The notes: generated from the sequence alone by a model not told the origin. DNA of 64,000 nt from an uncultured archaeon (GCA_964354805.1 CAYHBD010000016.1:1-64000); one strand, 5' to 3'; positions 19,789 through 29,319 are shown, counted from the first letter of the stretch. Translations and numbers: made by a program.

Positions 19789-20043
19789 TTATATTGCTGC
19801 AATTAGCCGTGGTCTTAGCTGTAAGGCGCTTCTTTTTTCCAGCACGGTTCTCCACTCTTCGTGTGTTTTTTCTATTAGCGGATACTTGTCCACGAAATAC
19901 TGGCTTCCGCTTGTTGAGTTTAATCTGTAGTTTCTTAGGACCACCGCTGTTTGGATTTTTTCCATTCCTTTTTTTTCCTTTTTCCTGATTTCCGCTGCTG
20001 CCACCCATTTTTCTGGCCCTTTTAATCTTGCATTAGCTGTCAA
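19789..20043 (-). CDS. Small hypothetical protein
   Basis: TTG start with upstream GGGGTG; a competing overlapping ORF exists at 19775-20008. Confidence 0.4.
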   Translation of the reverse strand: MTANARLKGPEKWVAAAEIRKKEKKGMEKIQTAVVLRNYRLNSTSGSQYFVDKYPLIEKTHEEWRTVLEKRSALQLRPRLIAAI

Positions 20044-20269
20044 AATGACACCCCCTTGTCTTTCGGATTTCTTTGTCTTTATATTAAATTAGTAGTCCGA
20101 TGTTGATATATACCCGTTTTTTTGGTTAATTCAGTGTTTTTGCGCAGAATAAAACGCCGCTTTCCTTTTCCTGCCATTCTTTCTATTTCCGCTTCTCTTT
20201 TGAGTATTGCTTGTTTTGGGGTAAACTATATTAAACAAGAAAACGCTTATATTACTGTTTGGTGATGTT

Positions 20270-21325
20270 TTGGCTGAGAAACCATCTGCATTACTTACCG
20301 TCGTTTTTCTGGTAGGCACATTGGGCTCTTTTGCTTTAACTTTGCTTGTTGACGGTTTCTGGCTATTCTATTTTGCAGGGATTGGATTACTGGATTTTTT
20401 TTCAGCATTGTGCTATTACTTTAATTTTAAAAAATTTTTGCTGCGTTTTCCGCTAGCTTTTGAATTGCAGGGATACGACCTTAGCATCATTAGTGGGAGA
20501 GTTTACGGCGAAGCAACTTTCAACGGGTTTTTTGCCGAACTAATAAGGCTTGCTGAAAAAAAGGCCTTATTCTTAAAGCTTAAGGGCGACCAGCTGGAAA
20601 TAGAAATCAACCGCAAGTCTTCTGGAATTTTGCCAAAGCACCAGAAGCTGATTTTACAAACACTTAAAGACGGTCTGCAAAAAACATTTTTTACCTGGAA
20701 AGAAGCAGTAGATTCCGCCCCCGAAATAAAAAACCGTTTAGACATTGAGCTTAGCAAAATAAAAGCAACAAAAAAATCATTAAAATATTTCTTAACAGGC
20801 ACGATTTTTGGGTTTTTCGTTTCAATTATTCTCTTGTGGATTGCGATATACGCAATCGGGTTTTTTCTCCTTTTTTTTATAAGCAAAATCCAAAACAAGA
20901 GTTTCCCCACAGACGCAGAGTATCGCTTGCTTGATAGCGAAGACAAAAAGAAAGTTGAGCGCCTTCTTGTTTGGGTTTTTTTACTTTTTTTTGCAATATA
21001 TTTCATTCTGGTTCTTTCTGCGTTCTTGTTCTCGGGGTTAATCGCAGGGATCTTTATTTTATTGGCAACAAATGCCTTCGTTTTAATTATTCTCCCGTTT
21101 TTTGGGGTTTCTTCCAACCAAAACCCCCAAACCAAAGACGATACACTAATTCAGGTTTATGATTCAATAAAACAATACTCTGAATTAGAAAACCAAGAGG
21201 AAATATCATATTTCTTAATGTTTGGGGAATATGCTGCTTGGGCGCTTGCACTAAAAATGAATAACACTTCGGTTGACCCCAAAATACAAGACTTGTTATT
21301 GAACGCGAAAATCAAACTAAATTGA
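20270..21325 (+). CDS. Membrane protein, possibly a divergent DUF2207-like C-terminal region
   Basis: ELIRLAEKKAL and GEYAAWALAL echo 12898-14856; AT-rich. Confidence 0.55.
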   Translation: MAEKPSALLTVVFLVGTLGSFALTLLVDGFWLFYFAGIGLLDFFSALCYYFNFKKFLLRFPLAFELQGYDLSIISGRVYGEATFNGFFAELIRLAEKKALFLKLKGDQLEIEINRKSSGILPKHQKLILQTLKDGLQKTFFTWKEAVDSAPEIKNRLDIELSKIKATKKSLKYFLTGTIFGFFVSIILLWIAIYAIGFFLLFFISKIQNKSFPTDAEYRLLDSEDKKKVERLLVWVFLLFFAIYFILVLSAFLFSGLIAGIFILLATNAFVLIILPFFGVSSNQNPQTKDDTLIQVYDSIKQYSELENQEEISYFLMFGEYAAWALALKMNNTSVDPKIQDLLLNAKIKLN

Positions 21326-21366
21326 AGCTGTTTAATTTATTGCCAAATTGGAACTTATGCTATTGG

Positions 21367-21660
21367 TCACTTTCCCTTCTTGAAAGCGAACCCGCATTCA
21401 GTGCATTTTATTTCAATCAACGGCCCGATCTCTTTCCATTCCGCGTTCTTTCCCTTCACCAAAAAAGCCCCGCATTTTTTGCAGAATTGCTTTTTCAGTT
21501 CGCTTGGAATCGGCGCCTTGTTTCGAGTACTCAACTTCCTTGCCAGTTCCACATAGCGCCTGCTTCTCTCAGAGTGTTCAGCGAATTCTTGCTCCGCTAA
21601 CTCAAACAGCCTGTAAATTCTCTCCAAAGCTATCCTGCTTCTGCTGTTCTTGCTTGGCAT
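21367..21660 (-). CDS. rnp4: RNase P subunit Rpp21
   Basis: IALERI..LF, RRYVELAR, FCKKC...CTECG. Confidence 0.95.
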   Translation of the reverse strand: MPSKNSRSRIALERIYRLFELAEQEFAEHSERSRRYVELARKLSTRNKAPIPSELKKQFCKKCGAFLVKGKNAEWKEIGPLIEIKCTECGFAFKKGK

Positions 21661-22193
21661 TATTTTCTTCTCCTGACTTTTGGCTTCTGCTGTTCTTTTC
21701 GCTCATTTCTATTCGTTCTGTTTGCCGGCCATCGTATGCTTGGGATTGGCTTTTCTGGCTTTGGGTGGATGAGCGGCCTGTAGTGGTATTCCCTTACCTC
21801 CCTTCCTTTGAATGCTTCCACTATTGCTTTCTTGGCCTCGGGTGCTATTGTGGCATAGCATATGTCTTTATCCCCCCCAAACGAGATTACATTAACCATC
21901 TCACGCGCACCGCATTTTTTCACAAGGCTATTGACAATTTTCAAAAATTCTTTTTCATATGGCGAAAACCAAGGGCGTGCCGCGTAATCACCAATTGGCT
22001 TAACAAAAATAAATTTGTCCCTCTGCGCGGGAAATTTTTTTGCCAAGTCTTTTAGAATCTCTTTTTGTAAGCTACTCATTGGAAACAAGAGATAGTATGT
22101 TTTTGGGTCTTGCTTGAACTGGTGTTCCAAAAGCCTTTGGAGCGTTTCTTCGCTCATTAAAAGGCCCATGTGTATGTCTAGCACTATTCTCAT
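21660..22193 (-). CDS. Hypothetical protein with basic tail
   Basis: Starts 4 nt after tRNA-Gly; stop overlaps the rpp21 ATG; tail KPKVRRRK. Confidence 0.7.
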   Translation of the reverse strand: MRIVLDIHMGLLMSEETLQRLLEHQFKQDPKTYYLLFPMSSLQKEILKDLAKKFPAQRDKFIFVKPIGDYAARPWFSPYEKEFLKIVNSLVKKCGAREMVNVISFGGDKDICYATIAPEAKKAIVEAFKGREVREYHYRPLIHPKPEKPIPSIRWPANRTNRNERKEQQKPKVRRRK

Positions 22194-22197
22194 AAAT

Positions 22198-22268
22198 TGC
22201 GTCCGTTGGGATTTGAACCCAAGTCATCACCTTGGAAGGGTGAGATCCTGCCACTAGACGACGGACGC
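22198..22268 (-). tRNA. tRNA-Gly(TCC)
   Basis: Cloverleaf GCGTCCG...GGTTCAAATCC...CGGACGCA; anticodon TCC. Confidence 0.95.
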
Positions 22269-22331
22269 GACTATAAGAATTCTTTACCCCCGAATATCAT
22301 TTAAATAACTTTGTTGCCACAGGATTTTTGG

Positions 22332-22964
22332 ATGAAGGGCAAGCTGATTGTTTTGGAGGGCATGGATGCTGCCGGCAAGGCAACGCAGGCAAAGCTGCTG
22401 CTAAAGCGCCTGCGTTCAGCCGGAAGGAAAGCCGAATTGATTTCCTTTCCCAGGTATAGCTCTTTTTTCGGGAAAATGATCAAGGAATATCTGGATGGGG
22501 GGCTTATGGGCAAGGCAGACCCTGCTTCTGTTGCTTTGCTTTATGCCTTGGACAGGGCTGATGCAGTGCCAGAGATTGAGGCTGCTTTGCGCAGGGGCAG
22601 GATTGTTGTTGCCGACAGGTACAGCTCAAGCAATTTGGCTTACCAGACAGCAAGGGTTAATGGCAAGAAAGAGCAAGAGTGTTTTTTTAAGTGGCTAGAG
22701 CAGATTGAAAGCTGGCTTCCAAAGCCGGATGCCTGCTTTTTCCTCGATGTTCCGATTGGCGTCAGCCAGAGGCTGATGCATGGGAGAAAAAGAAAAAGGG
22801 ATGAGTATGAAAAGGATGTCGCGTTTCTGCGCAAAGTCAGGGCAATCTACTTGCAAATGTGCAAAAAGAATTTTGTGCGAATTAACTGCGTTAAAGCAGG
22901 CAAAATGAGAAGCAGGCAAGAAATAAGCGAAGAGATTTGGAGAACGGTTCAGAAACTAATTTAA
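22332..22964 (+). CDS. tmk: Thymidylate kinase
   Basis: IVLEGMDAAGKAT, FPRY, VADRY. Confidence 0.95.
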   Translation: MKGKLIVLEGMDAAGKATQAKLLLKRLRSAGRKAELISFPRYSSFFGKMIKEYLDGGLMGKADPASVALLYALDRADAVPEIEAALRRGRIVVADRYSSSNLAYQTARVNGKKEQECFFKWLEQIESWLPKPDACFFLDVPIGVSQRLMHGRKRKRDEYEKDVAFLRKVRAIYLQMCKKNFVRINCVKAGKMRSRQEISEEIWRTVQKLI

Positions 22965-22975
22965 AATAAGGAAAA

Positions 22976-22996
22976 TTGCGACCGTCGGGATTCGAA
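22976..22996 (-). repeat. 21-bp copy of the tRNA-Gly(GCC) 3' end (att-like scar)
   Basis: TTGCGACCGTCGGGATTCGAA identical to 23075-23095. Confidence 0.9.
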
Positions 22997-23038
22997 AAGC
23001 CTTTTGCACTACTGTGCAAAAGCCTTGGGAAAAAACAG
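22997..23038 (+). repeat. Hairpin element copy B
   Basis: AAGCCTTTTGCAC-TACT-GTGCAAAAGCCTT followed by GGGAAAAAACAG. Confidence 0.9.
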
Positions 23039-23075
23039 AACCCCGATAACCCATTTCGCTTCGCTCAATGGGTTT

Positions 23076-23146
23076 TGCGACCGTCGGGATTCGAACCCGA
23101 GCTACGACCTTGGCAAGGTCGAGTCCTACCACTAGACTACGGTCGC
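23076..23146 (-). tRNA. tRNA-Gly(GCC)
   Basis: Cloverleaf GCGACCG...CGACC-TTGCCAA-GGTCG...GGTTCGAATCC...CGGTCGCA. Confidence 0.95.
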
Positions 23147-23247
23147 AAGCCGTCTCGTCCGGCTGGTACGAATCGGATTGCCTTATGGCAATCCAATGTG
23201 CTCGCCCTTCGGGCTCGCGCACCCAAACGCCAGGCGATTTAAGAATT

Positions 23248-23274
23248 ATTTTGACAACAATTCTTTTAAAAGAA
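23248..23274 (-). repeat. 27-bp exact copy of the transglutaminase gene 3' end (23334-23360)
   Basis: ATTTTGACAACAATTCTTTTAAAAGAA occurs twice; both copies encode LLKELLSK*. Confidence 0.9.
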
Positions 23275-23291
23275 GCGGGATTGCATAATGT

Positions 23292-23333
23292 GCTTTCTTT
23301 CACGAGGCTTTCTTTCTTTAGAAAGAAAGGCTC
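23292..23333 (-). repeat. Hairpin element copy D
   Basis: Minus strand GAGCCTTTCTTTC-TAAA-GAAAGAAAGCCTC followed by GTGAAAGAAAGC. Confidence 0.85.
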
Positions 23334-25074
23334 ATTTTGACAACAATTCTTTTAAAAGAAACCCAATTACAACAACGCCGATTATTATGGCGATTATTAT
23401 GATGTTTTCAATTTTTGCAATTGAGGATAAATCCGGCAATTCGAATGGCAGGCTGCCTGGCTGCGATGCACTACCGTTTGGCTTTGTTTCCACCACTGCA
23501 ATCCCCTCTTTTGCTGTTACCGTTGTTTCGTAATCCAGTGAAGGGCCTTTTATTGAGACAGCGTATGGCTGCATTGAAAAGTTTTCAATCGTTATTGCAA
23601 CAACGCTTTTTTGCAGGGGTTCAACTGTTATTTCTTTTGCCTTTCCATTGCCTACCTGCACTGTTGCCGTGCCTTTTTCTGCCCCCTGGTTTTGCAGGGT
23701 TATCTCTATTTCAAGGTTTTTCCCTTTGATTAACGGCAGCAGGTCAAGCAGAACAATTTTTGCTTCCTCTGCTGCAGCAGCGCTGCTTGTTACTGTCAAT
23801 TTTTTTTCAATCGCCATATTCAATGAAACTATTTTGTATGTTCCGCTCAGGTATTCGTTCTGGGCCAGATTTTTGTTCATTCTGATTCGCCAGCTGACCT
23901 GCTGCTGTTGCAATGGCTCAAACAACAGCAATTTGTTTCGTTCCTCCATCAGCATTCCCTGCACTTCGCTTAAAGTGGTTGGAACAATCAGGTGACTGTC
24001 CAGATTGTTTTTCACTTCAATATTCAAATCAAACCAGCTATTTGCTGGAAAGCTGATTTCCTGCGCATCTATTTGCACTATGTTTGAAAAATACTCGATT
24101 TTTTCCAGTTCCACATCCACTGCTTTTTCAGAAATAGAAACATTTGCTGTTTCAGGCGTGGTAATTTTTTCAACAGCGCCTGTTGGGTCGGAAAAATTGC
24201 CTATGAAAAAGTGCGTTCCATTGATTAAGCCTGCTTCCCCAAAAGTTGGGTCGATTGCAATCCAGCCGCTTTCCGGATTGAATGCCTCAATCCAAGCGTG
24301 GTTTCCCCAGTTGCCTTCCCCAAAGCTGACGCCTGAAGCAAACCTTACAGGAATGCCCCTTGCCCTCAGAATTGCTGCCGCAAGAACACTGAATTCATCG
24401 CACGTGCCCCTTCTTTCATCCAATGTTTCAATCGCGCTTTTGATTGCAGGGTAAAATGATTTATCGTATGTTACATATCCGTGAACCCATTCTGTCACAT
24501 CCCTTGCTGTTTCAAGCCAGCTGTTTGAATCAAAGTTGTTCAAAGCAATTGTCCTTATCTGCTCGCTGTTTGATTCGACCTTTTCTGTTGGAGCAGCGAA
24601 TTCAGCAAACTGGGTTATTTTATTGCTTAAATCATACTCCTGCAAATTCCCGGGCTGGTAATTTGTTTCAACCAGTGCCTTGATTTTGTAGGTGAATGCC
24701 CCTGTTTCGTTTACCATGAAAACTGCATAGCTGTTTCCCTGCCCGTCCTGCTCTCTTGTTGCATAGATTGTTCTCCCGTTTATTGAAAGTGTTTCTTGCT
24801 GGCTAAGAATTTCTTGGTTGCTGTTTTCCATGAAAGAAAACAGCCTGATTTCAGCATTCCTCCCCTGCAAATCGCCAGTTATTTCGCCTTCCCCGCTCAA
24901 AGTAACAGTTGCCTTAACCGACTGAATTGGGGTAGTGTCCTCGATTTCAACAGCGCAGCAGTATCCAATCAGCAGCAGAAAAGCAAGTGTGGCAGCCTTT
25001 TGCTTCGCAAAAGCCTGGGGAAAAAACAGCAATTGCTTCGCAATTGCAATAAAAAAAAGTTTCCCCTTCTCCAT
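23332..25074 (-). CDS. Membrane-anchored transglutaminase-like protein
   Basis: RGTCDEFS...RARGIPVR, HAWIE, WIAIDPT; signal peptide and C-terminal TM helix. Confidence 0.9.
   Translation of the reverse strand: MEKGKLFFIAIAKQLLFFPQAFAKQKAATLAFLLLIGYCCAVEIEDTTPIQSVKATVTLSGEGEITGDLQGRNAEIRLFSFMENSNQEILSQQETLSINGRTIYATREQDGQGNSYAVFMVNETGAFTYKIKALVETNYQPGNLQEYDLSNKITQFAEFAAPTEKVESNSEQIRTIALNNFDSNSWLETARDVTEWVHGYVTYDKSFYPAIKSAIETLDERRGTCDEFSVLAAAILRARGIPVRFASGVSFGEGNWGNHAWIEAFNPESGWIAIDPTFGEAGLINGTHFFIGNFSDPTGAVEKITTPETANVSISEKAVDVELEKIEYFSNIVQIDAQEISFPANSWFDLNIEVKNNLDSHLIVPTTLSEVQGMLMEERNKLLLFEPLQQQQVSWRIRMNKNLAQNEYLSGTYKIVSLNMAIEKKLTVTSSAAAAEEAKIVLLDLLPLIKGKNLEIEITLQNQGAEKGTATVQVGNGKAKEITVEPLQKSVVAITIENFSMQPYAVSIKGPSLDYETTVTAKEGIAVVETKPNGSASQPGSLPFELPDLSSIAKIENIIIIAIIIGVVVIGFLLKELLSK
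24993..25047 (+). repeat. Hairpin element copy C, within the predicted signal peptide
   Basis: CAGCCTTTTGC-TTC-GCAAAAGCCTG followed by GGGAAAAAACAGCAATTGCTTCGCAATTGC. Confidence 0.85.
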
Positions 25075-25128
25075 CAAATCCGCACCCTTTTCCCTTTTGC
25101 CTTGGCATGCAAAGCATTGCTTCACTAA

Positions 25129-25311
25129 TTACATCCTCATTTTTTTCTCTTTTGCCATGCTCTCAATGTTGTGCTTTATTACAGGGTTCTTGCTTGCGTC
25201 AATCAAATCGCGCAAATCATCTCGCGATGCCTTGATCGGCTGGAAAACAAGGTCTCCACCGCTGCCCTCCATAAGCACTTCAATCGTAACCTTTCGCTTC
25301 TCTTCAGGCAT
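25129..25311 (-). CDS. Small hypothetical protein
   Basis: ATG start, protein-like composition, fills an intergenic gap. Confidence 0.6.
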   Translation of the reverse strand: MPEEKRKVTIEVLMEGSGGDLVFQPIKASRDDLRDLIDASKNPVIKHNIESMAKEKKMRM

Positions 25312-25415
25312 GCAAAAATAGTGGTTGAAACAGCTATTTAATTGTTTTTAGTTCGGCGCTTGTGCTGCTAACAATTGGGAAAAGCTTTTAAACGAGTTAA
25401 AACAATAGTAAAAGT

Positions 25416-26753
25416 ATGGCAAAGCGTTTTTTTGCAATCGCATTAGCTTTGCTGTTTTTGAGTGCGAGTGTTTGCGCGGATGGGATGGTTGTTAGGCCGG
25501 TAAACGGAGAGTGGGGTCCTTACAGGGAATCGGACCAGAGAGCAATAATTAATTATGAAAATGGCTACGAGAACTTGTTGCTTTTTGTTAAAACATATGG
25601 CAATCCGGGAACCGAGAAATTTGTTTGGATTTTTCCCGTTCCGTCAAAACCAGAGCAAATTGAAATAATGAATTTGAAGGGATTCCCAAACTTTTATGGA
25701 ACGGAGCAGAAAGGGCAATTCAAAACCAATTTAATGATTCTTGCTGGGTCAAATTTTGTTGCGGCGTTTCCTCCAGTGGCTCTGCTGGCATTAGTTACTG
25801 GTATTGTCAGCAGCCCTGCAGGTGGGGGACCTTCTTACCAGGCAGCAGAAGGCGTTAGGGGCCCGGGATATGAAATCTGGAAGCATATTGACAGATTTGG
25901 CATTGCAACCGAAGTGGTAACCGCTTATGACAGTGAACGATTTTACCGCTTTCTTGCCGCTCGGGGCACAAATCTTTCAAGCGATGCAAAGCAAAGAATT
26001 GACGAATACATTGGAAAGGATTATTCTTTCATTGTGAGCTGGATAAGCAATCCAGAGGAATACAGGAATCAGGGGTCAAGCACATATTATGATGAACCGA
26101 TTGGCGTTTTTGTTCGGTTTCCAACAGAACAAATGTATTACCCCATGAAAATGACCAGCGTTTACCAAGAAAACCGCATTCTAACAGAAATTGATGTCAT
26201 AAACTACAGGGAGCCGGAAATATATCAAAATATTTCAAAGGAAACAGCGGTTGGCTATTATTTCAGCGACAGACTGCAATATGGCTTGAATGAAGAGGAA
26301 AGCATTAGAACGGTATTCAATGGAACAATTCCACAGCAATTGCGTTTCACACGCATCAGCATCAATACCCAAGCAAGATATTTCGTTCAGGATTTATGGA
26401 TAGCGAACAATGCTTCAATCGCTGCATCCGCGCTTGAAGTAATAAACGCGCTGTGGCTTCTATTGGCAATAATTATTTTCTTCGCTTTGTCTTTCGCATC
26501 GCTCTTTTTGGTAAACAAAATAATTCTTGCAAACTTTTTGAATAGGAAAAGAATGGCATTACTTGCTCTTTCAAACTTTTTAACAATATTCGGCTTCATT
26601 GTCGCAGTATTCCTGCTGAGAGCCAAATTGAGTCAAAAAGAAAGAAACAGATTCAGGTTCCTCAGGGCAATGGCTGGCTTTTGGGCAATATTCTTCGGCA
26701 TAGCAATACTGTTCCTAATAATTGCAATATTGGCCACGGTGGCAATAAAATAA
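25416..26753 (+). CDS. DUF2330-like secreted/membrane protein
   Basis: Signal peptide, ADG...QRAII, FVWIFPVPSKP, YYPMKMTS; C-terminal TM helices. Confidence 0.7.
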   Translation: MAKRFFAIALALLFLSASVCADGMVVRPVNGEWGPYRESDQRAIINYENGYENLLLFVKTYGNPGTEKFVWIFPVPSKPEQIEIMNLKGFPNFYGTEQKGQFKTNLMILAGSNFVAAFPPVALLALVTGIVSSPAGGGPSYQAAEGVRGPGYEIWKHIDRFGIATEVVTAYDSERFYRFLAARGTNLSSDAKQRIDEYIGKDYSFIVSWISNPEEYRNQGSSTYYDEPIGVFVRFPTEQMYYPMKMTSVYQENRILTEIDVINYREPEIYQNISKETAVGYYFSDRLQYGLNEEESIRTVFNGTIPQQLRFTRISINTQARYFVQDLWIANNASIAASALEVINALWLLLAIIIFFALSFASLFLVNKIILANFLNRKRMALLALSNFLTIFGFIVAVFLLRAKLSQKERNRFRFLRAMAGFWAIFFGIAILFLIIAILATVAIK

Positions 26754-26863
26754 TGAGATGGCAACTAATTTTTTTGGTCCAACCATAATTGAAAAACCTT
26801 TTGGGAAATGTTTGCGAAGCCCGCGGCTCCAGCGTGCATCATTTGCTGCTCCTTAATAGTATA

Positions 26864-26936
26864 TGGGCCCGGCCGGATTCGAACCGGCGACCTCCACCTT
26901 GTAAGGGTGATGTCATAGCCACTAGACCACGAGCCC
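26864..26936 (-). tRNA. tRNA-Val(TAC)
   Basis: Cloverleaf GGGCTCG...GGTTCGAATCC...CGGGCCCA; anticodon TAC. Confidence 0.95.
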
Positions 26937-27001
26937 CTGAAAAAATTTAATGAAACCTAACATTTAAATACTAAAATGCGTTATTGTTTAACTGATTTGT
27001 T

Positions 27002-27394
27002 ATGGTTAGGTCATATTACTTTTTTGGCAGGAACAGGATCTTTTTGCCAAAGCTTGCCGGCGCATTTCTGCTGATTGCAGCGCTTTTCATGTTCATTGTT
27101 GCAAGCGGAAAAATGTTTGACACCTGGGATGCGTTGAAGAAATACCCCGAATGCCCAAAAGACACGCTTGCCAATACCCAGTACTGCAAGCAGAGCTTGG
27201 CTGACATAACAGGCCTGCATTTGAGACCAGACCAGCTGAAGATTTCCACAAGGCAGTTTGTTGTTACCCTGCTTCCGCCTGTGGCAGAATTGCTTTTCTG
27301 GGCAACTGTCTTCATCATTGGCTTAATCTTCTACCAGACAGGAATAGTAAAGCAAGCGCTGCCAGTGAAGCACAAGGTCAAACACGGAAAATAA
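27002..27394 (+). CDS. Hypothetical membrane protein
   Basis: Two TM helices with a Cys pair in the loop. Confidence 0.7.
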   Translation: MVRSYYFFGRNRIFLPKLAGAFLLIAALFMFIVASGKMFDTWDALKKYPECPKDTLANTQYCKQSLADITGLHLRPDQLKISTRQFVVTLLPPVAELLFWATVFIIGLIFYQTGIVKQALPVKHKVKHGK

Positions 27395-27399
27395 GCCTT

Positions 27400-27465
27400 A
27401 AGCCTTTCTTTTTTAAAAAAAGAAAGCCTTGTGAAAGAAAAAAATGCAATTGCAAAGCAATTGCA
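27400..27465 (+). repeat. Hairpin element copy E
   Basis: AAGCCTTTCTTTTTTAAAAAAAGAAAGCCTT followed by GTGAAAGAAAA...TGCAATTGC-AAA-GCAATTGCA. Confidence 0.85.
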
Positions 27466-27504
27466 AGAACGACTTTTTGGAAAAAGAAAAAAATGGGGGC
27501 GTTT

Positions 27505-28965
27505 TCAGTACATTGAAAGGATTTTTACTTGCCCTGTTTCCTCTATTTTTCCCTTTTTTACTCCGACCAAAACTTTTACTCCGCTTTGGGCAGCCTGTTC
27601 AGCCAAGCGCTTTGTAATAATGCCGTCAAAAACGATTGCGTGAACATTGCTGCTGCTCTGCATTTCCTGCAGCAGGTCTCTTACGCTTATTTCTTTTATT
27701 GCCTGCATTTTTTCATCCAAAAAGCGTGCCCTGAGGCTGTTGCTTAATTCCTGCATCTGCTGTGTAAATTCGCCCAGGTCATTGGGCTGTTGTTCAATAT
27801 GATATGGTTCCATTGGCGCTGAAAAGCGTTCGCTTCTTCCCCTGCCGCCGAAGCCTCTTCCGCTGCCCCTGCTTCCGCCTGGTCTTCCCCTGCCGAACCT
27901 TCCGCTTGGTCTGCCACCGAATCCTCTTCCCATTCCGCCTCTGCTTCCTTCCCCGAAACCGCCGCTTCTTCCGCCTCTGAATCTGCCGCCTGCTCCGCTT
28001 CTGAACCCTCTTCCGCTACTTCCTTCCCTGAAACTGCTTCCGCTTCTTTCGCTTCTGAAGCCCCTGCTTGGGCCTCTTTCACCAAATGGTTTTTTTCTTT
28101 CGCCGTAATCGTCTGTGGATTCGATACCTTCCGGCATTCTGCTCATTGCCGACCTTTCGGTAAGAGGCCTTTTTTTCCTCAGTGCGGCGAGGATTTCTTT
28201 TTGCGTTAATTCTTCAACCTCTTTTCCGCTTGGTGCCCTTGCTGTGAAATCAATTTTTGCCACTTGGGCAAGCTGCCTTGCAACAAGGTAACCGCCCCTG
28301 TCTCCGTCCATAAAGAGAGTTGTGGTTTTCAGCCTGCTTAGGTCAATCACTGTTTTTGGCGCGGCTGCTCCGTTTAATGCAATGCAGTTTTTTATCCCGT
28401 ATTTGAGCAGGTTTAAAACATCGGCCCTGCCTTCGACAATAATCAGTTCCTCGTTTTTGTCAATGTCCGGGCCGGCTGGAAGCTTGTCTTCGCCGTATTC
28501 CTGCATTTCAGCTCCCCGCATGCCGCCTACTATTTCCGAGGCAAGCTCGCTGGTTTCCGGCATTGTTTCCCCCATTTTTTGCAGCAGCTCTTTTGCCCTT
28601 TCCGTTACTGTTTTTCTTTTTTCGCCCCTTGTGTCCTCTATTGCGATTGTTTCGAATTTGCTGTCGCAGGGGCCGACTTTGTCAACTGTTTCAATTGCCG
28701 CCGCAAGCAGCGATGTCTTGACTTTGTCCACTCCGCTTGGAATTGTTATTGTTCCGCTTGTTTTCCCGTTGTGGGTTGTTGCTTCAACATCGATTCTGCC
28801 CAGCTTTCCGCCTTGCTGCAGCTCCTTCAGGTCCATTTCTTCGCCCATCAGGCCTTCGCTTTGGCCGAAAACCGCGCCGATTATGTCGTGTTTGTCAACA
28901 ATTCCCTCTATCGAGAATTTTGTTTTAATCAGGTACTTTACAGTACTCAGATAAGTTTTTCCCAT
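27505..28965 (-). CDS. dnaG: Archaeal DnaG (TOPRIM) with RGG-rich insert
   Basis: DIIGAVFGQSEGL, IVEGRADV, DGDRGG, AIVFDGIITKRL. Confidence 0.95.
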   Translation of the reverse strand: MGKTYLSTVKYLIKTKFSIEGIVDKHDIIGAVFGQSEGLMGEEMDLKELQQGGKLGRIDVEATTHNGKTSGTITIPSGVDKVKTSLLAAAIETVDKVGPCDSKFETIAIEDTRGEKRKTVTERAKELLQKMGETMPETSELASEIVGGMRGAEMQEYGEDKLPAGPDIDKNEELIIVEGRADVLNLLKYGIKNCIALNGAAAPKTVIDLSRLKTTTLFMDGDRGGYLVARQLAQVAKIDFTARAPSGKEVEELTQKEILAALRKKRPLTERSAMSRMPEGIESTDDYGERKKPFGERGPSRGFRSERSGSSFREGSSGRGFRSGAGGRFRGGRSGGFGEGSRGGMGRGFGGRPSGRFGRGRPGGSRGSGRGFGGRGRSERFSAPMEPYHIEQQPNDLGEFTQQMQELSNSLRARFLDEKMQAIKEISVRDLLQEMQSSSNVHAIVFDGIITKRLAEQAAQSGVKVLVGVKKGKIEETGQVKILSMY

Positions 28966-28998
28966 TTCGTAAATCACCTTTCTATTTTTTGTGTAGAA

Positions 28999-29319
28999 TC
29001 AGGTTTTTTTGTTGCCCAAAAGGCGGGAAAGGTGTTCAGTTACTTTTTCGGCTGGTGCAAAAACAAGCAGTTTTTTTTCGCGCTGTTTTTCGCCAGCTGC
29101 AATTTCAACATGTGTGTTAAAAATTTTTTCAAAATTTTCAAGCAATTCCTTGTTTGCCTTTCCCTTTTCAGGTTTTTCTCGCAGCCTTACTTTCAGGCTG
29201 CCTGTCCATTCATCAAAGCCAGAGACCGCAAATTTTTTGCAGCCTGGCGCAACGCGCACTGGCATTAAAATGCCCTGCGCTGTTTTCACCAAATTTTTTT
29301 CAAAATCCCTTGCAACCAT
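28999..29319 (-). CDS. DUF167/YggU family protein
   Basis: VRVAPG...LKVRL..PEKGKANKEL...GEKQREK. Confidence 0.9.
   Translation of the reverse strand: MVARDFEKNLVKTAQGILMPVRVAPGCKKFAVSGFDEWTGSLKVRLREKPEKGKANKELLENFEKIFNTHVEIAAGEKQREKKLLVFAPAEKVTEHLSRLLGNKKT

Noticed and set aside
26790-26825. Possible decayed hairpin tail next to tRNA-Val (also 25085-25125)
   Set aside because: No intact stem
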